DNA of 64,000 bases from an uncultured Gammaproteobacteria bacterium. GTDB lineage: Bacteria > Pseudomonadota > Gammaproteobacteria > SZUA-229. Of the stretch, positions 20,171 through 29,980 are shown piece by piece (positions within the stretch are counted from its first letter, which is position 1; the number at the start of each line of letters is the position of its first letter). The notes under the pieces are model-generated. The model saw only the letters and a program-made list of their open reading frames with translations, ran no database searches and was not told the origin of the DNA. The stretch covers positions 1,491-65,490 of the forward strand of contig CAVQDO010000006.1 of NCBI GenBank assembly GCA_963711255.1, given 5' to 3'. The position numbers and the translations under genes are program-made.

Positions 20171-20581
20171 ATGACAGCTTGCTGCAAAGGCAAGACACCA
20201 GGGACACATCGCTGCCCGGCCAACGGTAAAAGTTACGCCAGCGTTGATCGTAAAACGGTATTACACCATGTAGATCAGCCCTGGCTTAATAACATTACTG
20301 AACCGCACTATTACTTTTGTAGCGACCCGTTATGCGATGTCGTTTATTTTGCCGAAGACAACAGCACGATAACTAAAGATGAAGTGCGAACTGCAATCTG
20401 GCAAAAATCTGAATCAGATGATGCTGAGCTTTGTTATTGCTTTGGCGTCAGCAAGTCACTTGCTCTGACAGACAAAAGCATAAAAGCATTTGTCATCGAA
20501 CAAACAAAACATTCACTGTGCTCGTGCGAGACCAGTAATCCGTCTGGTCGCTGCTGCTTAAAAGATTTCCCTAAACAATAA
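20171..20581 (+). CDS. cysteine-rich protein (12 Cys in 136 aa), possible BFD-like [2Fe-2S]/metal-binding protein
   Basis: CCKGKTPGTHRCP..., CYCFGVS (resembles the BFD-like C-x-C-x-G-[IV]-S motif), CSCETSNPSGRCC. Confidence 0.35.
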   Translation: MTACCKGKTPGTHRCPANGKSYASVDRKTVLHHVDQPWLNNITEPHYYFCSDPLCDVVYFAEDNSTITKDEVRTAIWQKSESDDAELCYCFGVSKSLALTDKSIKAFVIEQTKHSLCSCETSNPSGRCCLKDFPKQ

Positions 20582-20610
20582 ATGATACAAGTAACACAAT
20601 AACGATATTT

Positions 20611-21552
20611 ATGATTGAGAAAATACTGCGATTTCTTGGTGTAGAGCGATACCGTGCCAGTCATGCTGAAAAACTCATTTCTGCCCTTGGAGCATTCCTG
20701 GGTATTTTACTGGTTATCTATAGCAGCTCCTTTTTTGTACAGGCTGAAGCCGCCTATATTATTGTTGCTTCGATGGGCGCCTCGGCAGTACTGTTGTTTG
20801 CCGTGCCGCATGGTCCGCTTTCACAGCCCTGGCCGCTGATTGGCGGCCACCTGGTTTCTGCTGTAATCGGAGTCAGTTGTGCAAATCTTATTCCCGATAC
20901 CTACATCGCTGCAGCAGTCGCCGTAGGAATCGCTGTTGGCGCAATGTATTACCTGCACTGCATCCACCCGCCGGGTGGCGCAACGGCATTAGCCGCGGTT
21001 GTTGGTGGCAGCGAGGTACAGCAACTGGGTTACAGTTATATCCTGACCCCTGTTCTGATTAATGTTATCGCCATAATCAGCGTCGCTATCATTTTCAACT
21101 TCTTTTTCAAATGGCGCCGTTACCCTTCATACCTGGCACAAAAAGCCAAACCGCCAAAAACAACTGGTCATGGCTACGAAACTATTAATCACGAAGACTT
21201 TGTCTACGCATTGAGTGAATTTGATTCTTTTATCGATATTTCAGAAAACGATCTGCTGAAAATTTATTCGCTGGTAACAAAACGCCACCAGGGCACGAGC
21301 ATTGATTACCAGAACCTGAAAAATGGCCATTATTACAGCAACGGTGAATACGGCGACCTTTGGTCCGTGCGGCAAATTGTCGACTGGGCAGAAGACACAC
21401 ACTCCGGTGAAGAAAAACTTATCTACAAGGTCATCTCAGGTGCTAACCGCCGCAGCTCAGGTGTAATGACAAAAAATGAATTCTCCCGCTGGGCCAGGCA
21501 CGAAGTAGAAAGAGACGAAGATAACTGGCGGCGCATCGATAACGCCGAGTAG
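20611..21552 (+). CDS. HPP-family membrane protein with a ~140-aa C-terminal cytoplasmic extension
   Basis: HPPGGATALAAVVGG signature, 4-5 TM helices, hydrophilic C-terminal domain. Confidence 0.7.
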   Translation: MIEKILRFLGVERYRASHAEKLISALGAFLGILLVIYSSSFFVQAEAAYIIVASMGASAVLLFAVPHGPLSQPWPLIGGHLVSAVIGVSCANLIPDTYIAAAVAVGIAVGAMYYLHCIHPPGGATALAAVVGGSEVQQLGYSYILTPVLINVIAIISVAIIFNFFFKWRRYPSYLAQKAKPPKTTGHGYETINHEDFVYALSEFDSFIDISENDLLKIYSLVTKRHQGTSIDYQNLKNGHYYSNGEYGDLWSVRQIVDWAEDTHSGEEKLIYKVISGANRRSSGVMTKNEFSRWARHEVERDEDNWRRIDNAE

Positions 21553-21558
21553 CCGAGG

Positions 21559-21819
21559 GTGAAACTTCAGATCAAGGTCATCCCCTCCTCATCCAGAGAC
21601 TGCATCGCAGGCTGGTTAGAAAACACACTGAAAGTAAGAGTAAAAGCACCACCGGAAAAAGGTAAAGCGAATAAAGCTGTTGTTCAGCTACTGGAAAAAG
21701 CCCTTGACCTGCCCGGCGGCTCAGTAAAACTGGTCAGCGGCGAAACCTCCTGCCACAAAATTATTGAAATCATCACTGATAATGAAAAAATAGTTAAACA
21801 GCTCCTGATATCCTACTGA
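21559..21819 (+). CDS. DUF167/YggU-family protein (UPF0235)
   Basis: IKVIPSSSRDCIAGW...LKVRVKAPPEKGKANKAVVQLLEKALDLPGGSVKLVSGETS matches the YggU fold signature; apparent GTG start. Confidence 0.7.
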   Translation: MKLQIKVIPSSSRDCIAGWLENTLKVRVKAPPEKGKANKAVVQLLEKALDLPGGSVKLVSGETSCHKIIEIITDNEKIVKQLLISY

Positions 21820-21936
21820 AATGGGCAATTTTTTGCCCAATATACTCAGATATACATATAGACACAAGGCACCCTGGTAAATAATAATTACTCCTCTTTT
21901 TACAGCCACCAGCATAACCAAAATAACAGTACATTA

Positions 21937-23670
21937 ATGAACTTAGCCGCATTCTTTCCTTTCCTGAACTGGTTTCGATTTGTTAATGCAACTACATTAA
22001 AAGCTGATTTTTTTGCCGGTCTGACCGGCGCAGTCATTGTTTTACCGCAGGGCGTTGCTTTTGCCACCATTGCCGGCCTGCCGCCGGAGTATGGCCTTTA
22101 CACCGCCATGGTCACGCCTATCATTGCCGCCCTGTTTGGCTCCTCCTACCACCTGATATCAGGGCCGACAACGGCTATTTCTATCGTGGTGTTTTCCACC
22201 ATCAGTCACCACGCAGACCCCGGTACACCCGAGTTCATTACCCTGGCACTAACCCTTACCTTTCTTGCCGGCGCTTACCAGCTGGGCTTTGGTCTGGCCA
22301 AGCTCGGTTCGCTGGTAAATTTTGTATCGCATAATGTGGTAACCGGCTTTACCGCCGGCGCAGCCATATTGATTGCCACCAGCCAGATGAAGCATGTTCT
22401 CGGTATTTATATACCAAAGGGCGAAACCTTTGTTCACACCTGGTATGACATATTCATCGATATTAACAATGCAAACCTGTACCTTATATTTATCGCATTA
22501 ACAACGTTGATAACTGCCATAGCGGTTAAACGCCTTGCACCAAAACTTCCTAACCTGCTGATTGGCATGGTTATCGGCAGCATACTGGCATACCTGCTTA
22601 AAGATTCAACCGACAGCATTAAACTGGTCGGAGAAATACCTGCACAGTTACCTCCCCTGTCCATACCCGAATTTTCCTACAACACCATTAAAATGCTGGC
22701 ACCTGAAGCATTTGCCGTCGCCCTGCTGGGTTTGATTGAAGCAGCATCGATAAGCCGGGCAATCGCGACTAAATCGGGCCAGCGAATCGTTGCCAACCAG
22801 GAGTTTATCGGTCAGGGCCTGTCAAACATGTTTGGCAGCTTCTTCTCCAGTTATGCGGGTTCAGGCTCATTTACACGCTCTGGCATTAACTACGAATCCG
22901 GTGCAAAAACGCCTTTGTCTGCAATTTTTGCTGCCATTTCATTAATGCTGATTGTGCTCTTAATTGCACCGTTGACCGCTTATTTGCCTATTGCTGCCAT
23001 GGGCGGCGTCATTTTACTGGTAGCTTATAACCTGATCGATTTTCACCACATAGCTAAAACAATCAAGTTCAGCAAAGCTGAAACAGCTATTTTGCTGACA
23101 ACCTTTCTCGCCACCTTAACACTCGAACTTGAATTTGCTATCTATGCCGGCGTATTACTCTCACTGGTATTTTTCCTGTCAAAAACATCAACACCGGAAA
23201 TACCCACCCTGTCTATTGATAATGATTTGCGAGAAGGACACCGTAAATTAATCAATATTAATAACAAACCGCTGAAACAATGCCCACAGTTAAAAATTAT
23301 ACGTATTGATATGTCGATTTATTTTGGTTCAATCAATCACATTCAGAATCGTATTGCGCAAATCGCAGAGAATGAAAGAATTTACAATATCTTAATCATT
23401 TCCAGCGGCATCAACTTTATTGACCTGGCTGGTGCAGAGGCGCTGGTTTCTGAAAATAACCAGCTTAAAAAAATGAACGGCGGTATTTACTTTGTCGGTT
23501 TAAAGTCTTCAGTTTACGAATTTGCCGCGAAAACGTGTTTCATAAAGGAAATTGGAACGAATCACTTTTTCGACAGAAAATCCGAAGCCATTCATCAGAT
23601 ATATAAAAAGCTGGATAAAGATATATGTAAGGAGTGCCAGTCGTTAATTTTCAGGGAATGCGAGATGTAG
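21937..23670 (+). CDS. SulP-family anion (sulfate/bicarbonate) transporter with C-terminal STAS domain
   Basis: Sulfate-transporter N-terminal region (GLTGAVIVLPQGVAFATIAGLPPEYGLY), ~11 TM helices, STAS-like C-terminus. Confidence 0.85.
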   Translation: MNLAAFFPFLNWFRFVNATTLKADFFAGLTGAVIVLPQGVAFATIAGLPPEYGLYTAMVTPIIAALFGSSYHLISGPTTAISIVVFSTISHHADPGTPEFITLALTLTFLAGAYQLGFGLAKLGSLVNFVSHNVVTGFTAGAAILIATSQMKHVLGIYIPKGETFVHTWYDIFIDINNANLYLIFIALTTLITAIAVKRLAPKLPNLLIGMVIGSILAYLLKDSTDSIKLVGEIPAQLPPLSIPEFSYNTIKMLAPEAFAVALLGLIEAASISRAIATKSGQRIVANQEFIGQGLSNMFGSFFSSYAGSGSFTRSGINYESGAKTPLSAIFAAISLMLIVLLIAPLTAYLPIAAMGGVILLVAYNLIDFHHIAKTIKFSKAETAILLTTFLATLTLELEFAIYAGVLLSLVFFLSKTSTPEIPTLSIDNDLREGHRKLININNKPLKQCPQLKIIRIDMSIYFGSINHIQNRIAQIAENERIYNILIISSGINFIDLAGAEALVSENNQLKKMNGGIYFVGLKSSVYEFAAKTCFIKEIGTNHFFDRKSEAIHQIYKKLDKDICKECQSLIFRECEM

Positions 23671-23754
23671 CGTTTCAAGGTGCAGCCATTGCCTGTTTAA
23701 CAGCGCGGCAGTATTATTAACAATAATACATCCGGCACTGTAGCAGAGGTTATT

Positions 23755-24531
23755 ATGTCAGCAATACTTTTTGACCTTGACGGCGTACTTTATGAAGATA
23801 ACAAAGTTATTGAAGGCGCCGCCGAAACAGTTAACTGGTTTATACAAAACGGTATTCCTCACCTTTTTTTAACCAACACCACATCAAAATCACGCCAGCA
23901 ACTTGTAAATAAACTCAATAATTTTGGCATTGAGTCTACGATAAAAGATTTTCTAACTCCTCCCGTTACAGCCACGCAATGGTTAAAACATAATAAATTA
24001 AACAAGCTTGCATTATATGTTCCGCAATCAACCAAACAAGAGTTTTCTTCCTTTAACTTAAAAAACGAGGATAATGCTGAGGTCGACGCTGTAATCATCG
24101 GCGACCTGGGCAAACAATGGAATTTCGAAACCATGAACCGTATATTCAGGCAGTTAATGAATAACTCAGAGGCACAGTTAATTGCTCTTGGTATGACGCG
24201 TTACTGGCGCACCGGTGACGGGCTTCAGCTGGATGTCGGGCCAATGATTAAGGCCTTTGAATTTGCCACCGGTAAAAGCGCGATTGTTTGCGGAAAACCT
24301 GATGCCACATTTTTTCAGGCCGCCATAAGCCTGCTCGGTACAAAAGAAAATGTTGTAATGATAGGTGATGACATTCATGGCGATATTGAAGGTGCACAAC
24401 AGGCAGGGCTAAAGGCTATCCTGGTAAGGACCGGCAAGTTTACCTCGCAGGACCTGAAGACAACAATCAAGCCGGAGACAGTACTCGATTCAGTTTCACA
24501 ACTGCCTGAATGGTGGCAGTCAAACATGTAA
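23755..24531 (+). CDS. HAD-superfamily subfamily IIA hydrolase (NagD-like)
   Basis: LFDLDGVLY motif I, GKP (CGKPD) motif III, GDDIHGDIEGA motif IV. Confidence 0.8.
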   Translation: MSAILFDLDGVLYEDNKVIEGAAETVNWFIQNGIPHLFLTNTTSKSRQQLVNKLNNFGIESTIKDFLTPPVTATQWLKHNKLNKLALYVPQSTKQEFSSFNLKNEDNAEVDAVIIGDLGKQWNFETMNRIFRQLMNNSEAQLIALGMTRYWRTGDGLQLDVGPMIKAFEFATGKSAIVCGKPDATFFQAAISLLGTKENVVMIGDDIHGDIEGAQQAGLKAILVRTGKFTSQDLKTTIKPETVLDSVSQLPEWWQSNM

Positions 24532-24532
24532 G

Positions 24533-24766
24533 CTATTCAATCAGGGTGATTTTATCCAGCCTGATACAGACATCCTTACTCTCGCTTAATAAGCTGGCAA
24601 CAAGAAACTCTTCCCCATTCCTTACTAAAATATCGACTGGCAGCACAATACCTGTAAAAACCGTATTATTATCTAGCCATTTAATGGACAATTTTCTCTT
24701 ATGCATAATGGCAATTTCATACTCATCATGCAGTGCACAGGCTATTGGCTCATAGGGCTGCAGCAC
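24533..24766 (-). CDS. rof: Rof-like Rho-binding antiterminator (YaeO family)
   Basis: 77 aa; Y-x-PI-x-C...D-x-E...H...N-x-E-x-LV...RLDKIT aligns with E. coli Rof (YQPINCDDYDNLELAC...RLDKITSF). Confidence 0.65.
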   Translation of the reverse strand: MLQPYEPIACALHDEYEIAIMHKRKLSIKWLDNNTVFTGIVLPVDILVRNGEEFLVASLLSESKDVCIRLDKITLIE

Positions 24767-24771
24767 AATGC

Positions 24772-24960
24772 TTACTCATCATCACGCAATATCGTTAACT
24801 GGCACTCACCATCAAAAGTGATGGATTGTTGAATACGTATTGGCCGGCAGCAAACAGAGCAGTCTTCATAGTAATCCTGTTCGCTCGCTGAATCATCAAT
24901 CAGCAGTTCAATATTTTCGCCACAGTATGGGCAACTGATATCACGGTTAAGTAACTCCAT
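24772..24960 (-). CDS. CPXCG-type cysteine-rich zinc-finger protein (Cys_rich_CPXCG family)
   Basis: 62 aa; CPYCG ... CSVCC four-Cys arrangement, acidic tail. Confidence 0.6.
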   Translation of the reverse strand: MELLNRDISCPYCGENIELLIDDSASEQDYYEDCSVCCRPIRIQQSITFDGECQLTILRDDE

Positions 24961-24962
24961 TA

Positions 24963-26252
24963 TCAGGAACCGTGTCTAAGCTCCAGCAATGACATAGTCA
25001 ATGCCGGCCAGTAAGTAATTATCAAAACCGCGAGGAACAGAATCAACATAAAGGGAATGGTTGCATAATACAGTTCGGTAATCGGTTTATTGAAACGGTA
25101 ACTGGCAATAAAAAGATTCATTCCTACCGGCGGTGTAAAGTAACCTATCTGCATATTAGCAAGAAAAATAATACCGAAATGTATCGGGTGTATGCCGTAA
25201 CCCACAGCGATAGGCAGGGTTAGCGGAACAATAATAACCAGGGCGGAGAAGACATCAAGCATCATACCCAGCACCAGTAAAAAGATATTAAGCAATATTA
25301 AAAAAGTTAACTTACTATCAATATGCGCACGGATAAACTCAAATAATTTTGAAGGTATTTCTGCATCGATTAAATAATTCGTTGATGCAAGAGAAACGGC
25401 CAGAATAATTAACACGCCACCGACCAGCACCATCGAGTCGCGCATTATCGTCGGCAACTGTTTTATTTTTACTTCTTTCAGCACCAGTACATTAACGATC
25501 AAAACATACATCACGGCTACAGCCGCCGCTTCAGAAACAGCAAAATAACCGCTGTAGATGCCGCCAATTAATATGATCGGCAATGGTACTTCCCAGACCG
25601 ATTTTTGCAATGCGCCGATGACTTTTTTCGCATCAAATGCAGTCGTTGGTATTTTATCGCCGATGCTTTTATACATGCTCCAGGCGACTAAAAGCGCAAG
25701 CATTAACAAGCCCGGCAACAAACCGGCAATAAACAGATCATCTATTGCAACGGATTGTTCAAGATTCATTTGTTGTGCAATAACACCATACAAAATAAGT
25801 GCTATCGATGGCGGAAACAGCAAACCTAAACTGCCTGACGAGGTTATCAGTCCCAGGTTAAATCGCTCTGAATATCCCGCCTGCTTCATGGCAGGATAAA
25901 GAATCGCACCCAGGGCGATAATTGTGGCACCGGAAGCACCGGTTAATGCGGTAAAAAATGCGCAGGCGAATAATGAGACAACCGCAAGCCCACCTGGCAA
26001 CCAGCCCAACAAGGCATCCGTCAGTATTACCAGTCTTTCAGACGCCTTGCTTTCACCCAGGATATAGCCTGCAAATGTAAATAATGGAATAGCCAGAAGC
26101 ACCGGCGTATCAACAATGCGATAAATTTCGATAGCGACAACTGATAAATCAATATCGTTACCGTGGAAGCCGATCAGTGCACTGGTCGCAATAATTGCAA
26201 ATAATGGAGCACCAAGGATAACCAGCAGTAAGAGTGCGAGAGCGCCAGCCAC
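24963..26252 (-). CDS. dctM: TRAP transporter large permease subunit (DctM family)
   Basis: 12-TM DctM signature, 429 aa; start overlaps the dctQ stop (shared base 26252). Confidence 0.9.
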   Translation of the reverse strand: MAGALALLLLVILGAPLFAIIATSALIGFHGNDIDLSVVAIEIYRIVDTPVLLAIPLFTFAGYILGESKASERLVILTDALLGWLPGGLAVVSLFACAFFTALTGASGATIIALGAILYPAMKQAGYSERFNLGLITSSGSLGLLFPPSIALILYGVIAQQMNLEQSVAIDDLFIAGLLPGLLMLALLVAWSMYKSIGDKIPTTAFDAKKVIGALQKSVWEVPLPIILIGGIYSGYFAVSEAAAVAVMYVLIVNVLVLKEVKIKQLPTIMRDSMVLVGGVLIILAVSLASTNYLIDAEIPSKLFEFIRAHIDSKLTFLILLNIFLLVLGMMLDVFSALVIIVPLTLPIAVGYGIHPIHFGIIFLANMQIGYFTPPVGMNLFIASYRFNKPITELYYATIPFMLILFLAVLIITYWPALTMSLLELRHGS

Positions 26253-26782
26253 TATTTACTCTCGTCAGAACTGTCAGCGAGTGGTACTGGCACCGGTACA
26301 GGCCGTTTTTTTTCTGGTGGTGACATAAACAATAGACCGTATCGCAATGCAATCAGAAAAAAACTGAGCGGAATAATCAACGCTGTCACCCAGGCAGGTA
26401 CGCCCGAGAAAGCAACAGTACCGTATTCATATTCACTGAGCACAAAGCGGCTTGCGTGCCAGCCGATCAGCAGACAGATGAGCAAGGTAAACAGATAAAC
26501 CGAACGCTGCACATAGGGCTTTAAATTCGCCGGCAGATACTTGGTGAAAACGTCTATTCGGATATGATTATCTGTTCGCGTTGCTACCACAGCACCGGCA
26601 AGTCCGACCCATAAAACCAGTGTTCTTAGTAATGGATCTATCCAGACAGCACCTTCTGAAAATATATTTCTGGATATAATCTGATAAATAGCAAGCACTA
26701 TCATGCTGGACAAAATAGCAACCAGCAGGCCGTCTTCTATCCGGTTAACTGCTTTAATTAATTTATTATTTTTGATATCCAT
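26252..26782 (-). CDS. dctQ: TRAP transporter small permease subunit (DctQ family)
   Basis: 176 aa, 4 TM helices, position between the P and M subunits. Confidence 0.85.
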   Translation of the reverse strand: MDIKNNKLIKAVNRIEDGLLVAILSSMIVLAIYQIISRNIFSEGAVWIDPLLRTLVLWVGLAGAVVATRTDNHIRIDVFTKYLPANLKPYVQRSVYLFTLLICLLIGWHASRFVLSEYEYGTVAFSGVPAWVTALIIPLSFFLIALRYGLLFMSPPEKKRPVPVPVPLADSSDESK

Positions 26783-26815
26783 TAACAGGTTTTAACTGCC
26801 ATTTAACCACTAGCG

Positions 26816-27826
26816 TTAATGCAATTTCGGCACGTTTAACTTATTAGCGGTTGTAGCTTTATAAAGATTCTCACTAAATTTGTACTTGTGAATCATTTCA
26901 TTTATAACAAAGTCTCCTGCTTTTAACCATTCAACTTTCTCACTATCATTTAACTGCACAAACTCTACACCCTGATTAATCAGGGCCTCACGTGCAGCAA
27001 TGTTATCTACCCGGTTGCGCTGATCAATTCTTTTATACACATCAGCCATTACCTCTCTCACTATGGCCTGGTCAGATTCGCTTAGTTTCTTAAATACTTT
27101 TTTATCAATGATCATCGTTGCCGCCAGGTAATTTAGCGGCAGATCAACAACATATTTCACATGCGTATGCCACTGCAATGCGAGGGCGCCAATAGGTGAA
27201 GTAATAATGTTATTGATCAAACCTGTCTGCAGGCCTGTCAGGACATCAGATAACGGCAACGAAATAGGTGTGATGCCAACATAACGATAAACCGACAGTC
27301 CTACATCACTGCCTTCCGGTACCCAGGATTTCTGCTTTCTCAAATCATCAAAACTACTTATGCGTTCTTTAGACATAAGGTAGGTAAAACCACCCTGTGC
27401 AAAACCAAAATTAACAAACCCGTCACTTTCGACAATATTACTCAATAACGGGTCAGATGACTTCCGTATGGTTTCCGCATCATCCAGACTGGAAAACAAA
27501 AAAGGTAACCCATAAACCGTAGCGTCTGTTGTAGTTTGCGCAAGACTGCCGAGAGTTATAGCACCACCATGTAACTGGCCGATACGTATTTTCCTTAGCA
27601 CGTTATCATCATTCCCCATAACACCGCCGGGATAAAACTTAAACTCAACTCGACCGTTTGTCCGATCTTTAATCGCTTTTGCACCCGCACGCATCTGCTC
27701 CATCCAGAAAGTACCCTCAGGAGAAAGCGTGGCGATTTTAATGGTTTTCGCAACAGTCACCGTTGAGCTTAAAGCAAACAAAGTCGCCGTCAAAAAAAGA
27801 ATTACATACTTAATACTATTTTTCAT
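26816..27826 (-). CDS. dctP: TRAP transporter periplasmic solute-binding subunit (DctP/TatP-like)
   Basis: Signal peptide, 336 aa, DctP-type fold signature (NGRVEFKFYPGG...). Confidence 0.85.
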   Translation of the reverse strand: MKNSIKYVILFLTATLFALSSTVTVAKTIKIATLSPEGTFWMEQMRAGAKAIKDRTNGRVEFKFYPGGVMGNDDNVLRKIRIGQLHGGAITLGSLAQTTTDATVYGLPFLFSSLDDAETIRKSSDPLLSNIVESDGFVNFGFAQGGFTYLMSKERISSFDDLRKQKSWVPEGSDVGLSVYRYVGITPISLPLSDVLTGLQTGLINNIITSPIGALALQWHTHVKYVVDLPLNYLAATMIIDKKVFKKLSESDQAIVREVMADVYKRIDQRNRVDNIAAREALINQGVEFVQLNDSEKVEWLKAGDFVINEMIHKYKFSENLYKATTANKLNVPKLH

Positions 27827-27968
27827 TTTTCACTTTTATCTCCAGGACCCAGGGCGTAAACCGTAAACCACCTTCCTAACTATGGATGTCACTAAACAGA
27901 GCAATGCAGAAGCAATCCGAGTCACAACTCACAGTACATTTTTTATTAACACGCATTTAACTGCATGT

Positions 27969-28844
27969 TCAAAAGTAATCATCGGCATCCTGCAACAATA
28001 TTTTTGCTTTCTGTTTAGCCAGAGTATTAATCAAAATTTGTTGCCGGGGCCCTATATCAGCATCAATAACCTGCTGCAACAGGCTGTCATATAATTTTCG
28101 ATCAAACATCATACGTGCGTATTTATCAGCAAACATAACTTTTGCCATTAAATTTTCACCTTGAGAAATTTCAATCGCGCGTTCAAAATGCTGTTTTGCA
28201 ATTTCCGGTTTGCCACCCAGTGCTGGCGGCAACAAAGATTCCATGACAGCCATATACAGATGCGCATTACCATTATTAACGGTTTCATCAGTATCTAACA
28301 CCCGCTGCAAGCCTGCCTTGACCTTTGGCAATTCTGCCACCGCATTCCAGTCGCTACTATTTGCTTCAATAACTCCGGCCCAACTGCTGACAAAGATAAA
28401 CAATGACTCTGCCTGCTCTTTCTCAACCGTTTCAAGGCGTTTCTCAAATTCAAAGTAAGTTAAGCTCTTGAAATCACAAATGTTGCTGTAGCGTAAACAC
28501 ATGGCCCTGCTACCGTAGTCGAAAGCGCGACTTGCCAGTGCCTTTTTACTTTCACTACTATCAGTAAAGCTTGAAGCATAAGCAGCATAAAGTTGTGCAC
28601 CTGATTCGAGTAATTCCGGGTTATCCGGGTCGCCCTTAATCATACTGCTGATCAATACAAGGTAAGAAGGTACCGCTTTTTTAATTGTTTCGGGATCATC
28701 AAATTCGAGAATAGTTGCTGACAGATCCTGTGCAAACTCCTGTTTTGCATTAGCAATAAGCTGGCTGCAGGCACTGACACTCATCAGCGTCAATATTATT
28801 AGCGCCAGTTTAATAATCCGGTTTGTCTGTGATCTGGATTTCAT
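27969..28844 (-). CDS. helical lipoprotein, candidate TRAP T-component (TatT-like, TPR-like) associated with the TRAP operon
   Basis: Signal peptide plus lipobox (MSVSAC), 291 aa, Ala/Leu/Glu-rich helical repeats, immediately upstream and co-oriented with dctPQM (T-P-Q-M order as in TPAT systems). Confidence 0.5.
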   Translation of the reverse strand: MKSRSQTNRIIKLALIILTLMSVSACSQLIANAKQEFAQDLSATILEFDDPETIKKAVPSYLVLISSMIKGDPDNPELLESGAQLYAAYASSFTDSSESKKALASRAFDYGSRAMCLRYSNICDFKSLTYFEFEKRLETVEKEQAESLFIFVSSWAGVIEANSSDWNAVAELPKVKAGLQRVLDTDETVNNGNAHLYMAVMESLLPPALGGKPEIAKQHFERAIEISQGENLMAKVMFADKYARMMFDRKLYDSLLQQVIDADIGPRQQILINTLAKQKAKILLQDADDYF

Positions 28845-29011
28845 ACAGTGATAACGACTATTTCGGAAGCCATGAAATTTGACAGATACTACCTTATATT
28901 GGTTTCAAGGTCTGCCTGCAAACAGACTCTTTTTTTAAAAGATCGTACTATTTGCTTCAAACTGGCCTATGGCTATCCAGCACTTATCTATGGCAGTTTC
29001 TCTATATTTAA

Positions 29012-29041
29012 CGATGGGCATAAAAAAAGGCCGAAAATCCG
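29012..29041. terminator. bidirectional rho-independent terminator (aaaaaaaggccg-aaaat-ccggccttttttt)
   Basis: GC stem flanked by A-run and T-run; downstream of the SPOR lipoprotein gene. Confidence 0.8.
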
Positions 29042-29067
29042 GCCTTTTTTTGAAAATACGAAATGTT

Positions 29068-29634
29068 TTACTGTGCGACAATTTTCTGCAGGCCGGCCAC
29101 TGAACGAACCCATGGTTTTGCACCGGTTTTCATCTCCAGCTCTGTTGCAGCGGCATTCGCTGAAGCTCGGTCTTCATGAAGATCGACCAATACATATACG
29201 ATCGAACCCGCACGGTCAGTTTTTACTGACTTTAGCATTGTCAGTTCTTTACTGTTCTGGAATTTTTCAACACTTGCAGCCGTTTTTCCGGCATAAACCT
29301 GAACCGCATAATGAGTGCCCGGCATCGCCATTATTTCCTGCTCTGGCGTTAGCTCCTCGATAACAACCGGTGCAATCATTTCTGGTACAGGTGCTGGTTC
29401 TGGCTCCTGCATTACGATTGGTTCTGGATCTGCCAGCAGCACTGGATCATTCAAAGAAGTATCTGAAATAACATCATCAGAAGGAACACTTTCAGCTTCA
29501 GCTGAATATTTTGATACCCAGGGCGAATCATCAGATTGTGTCCAGGGTGCGGGTGAACTTGAACAGCCAATCAGGCCAAAAATGATTAAATTACTTACTG
29601 CGATGCCACGCATGACTTTTATTGTTGTTTCCAT
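29068..29634 (-). CDS. SPOR-domain lipoprotein (peptidoglycan-binding, cell-division-associated)
   Basis: Lipobox LIGC, Pro/Glu-rich linker, C-terminal SPOR-like region (HYAVQVYAGKTAASVEKFQ...YVLVDLHEDRASANAAATEL...). Confidence 0.65.
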   Translation of the reverse strand: METTIKVMRGIAVSNLIIFGLIGCSSSPAPWTQSDDSPWVSKYSAEAESVPSDDVISDTSLNDPVLLADPEPIVMQEPEPAPVPEMIAPVVIEELTPEQEIMAMPGTHYAVQVYAGKTAASVEKFQNSKELTMLKSVKTDRAGSIVYVLVDLHEDRASANAAATELEMKTGAKPWVRSVAGLQKIVAQ

Positions 29635-29904
29635 GTTTTTCCCCTGGGTCTTATGGCCATTTGTTATGGTTTTAGAGATTGTAGCCCATAATATTTAATT
29701 TTCTGCAATCAGCCGCGTTTTTCGCGAACCGAATGGAAATATTTACAGCAAACATTGGTAGATTATACAAATATTCATTTTGTGAATAAAGAAATACACA
29801 ATTGCCGCCCGCCTCCCGGGAAAGTTACTCAGGTTGTAAGCTTTTACTGCGTAATAGCAATAACCTAACTGAACCACTGGCTCTGAAACCAACAATAAAA
29901 CCGG

Positions 29905-29935
29905 CAATAAAAAAGGAGCCGAAGCTCCTTTTTTA
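29905..29935 (-). terminator. rho-independent terminator of pnp
   Basis: On the minus strand, aaaaaaggagc-ttcg-gctcc followed by ttttttatt. Confidence 0.8.
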
Positions 29936-29980
29936 CCAGGCACCCTGTTTCAGGATGCCATTTGCGATAAATTCAGCAGA

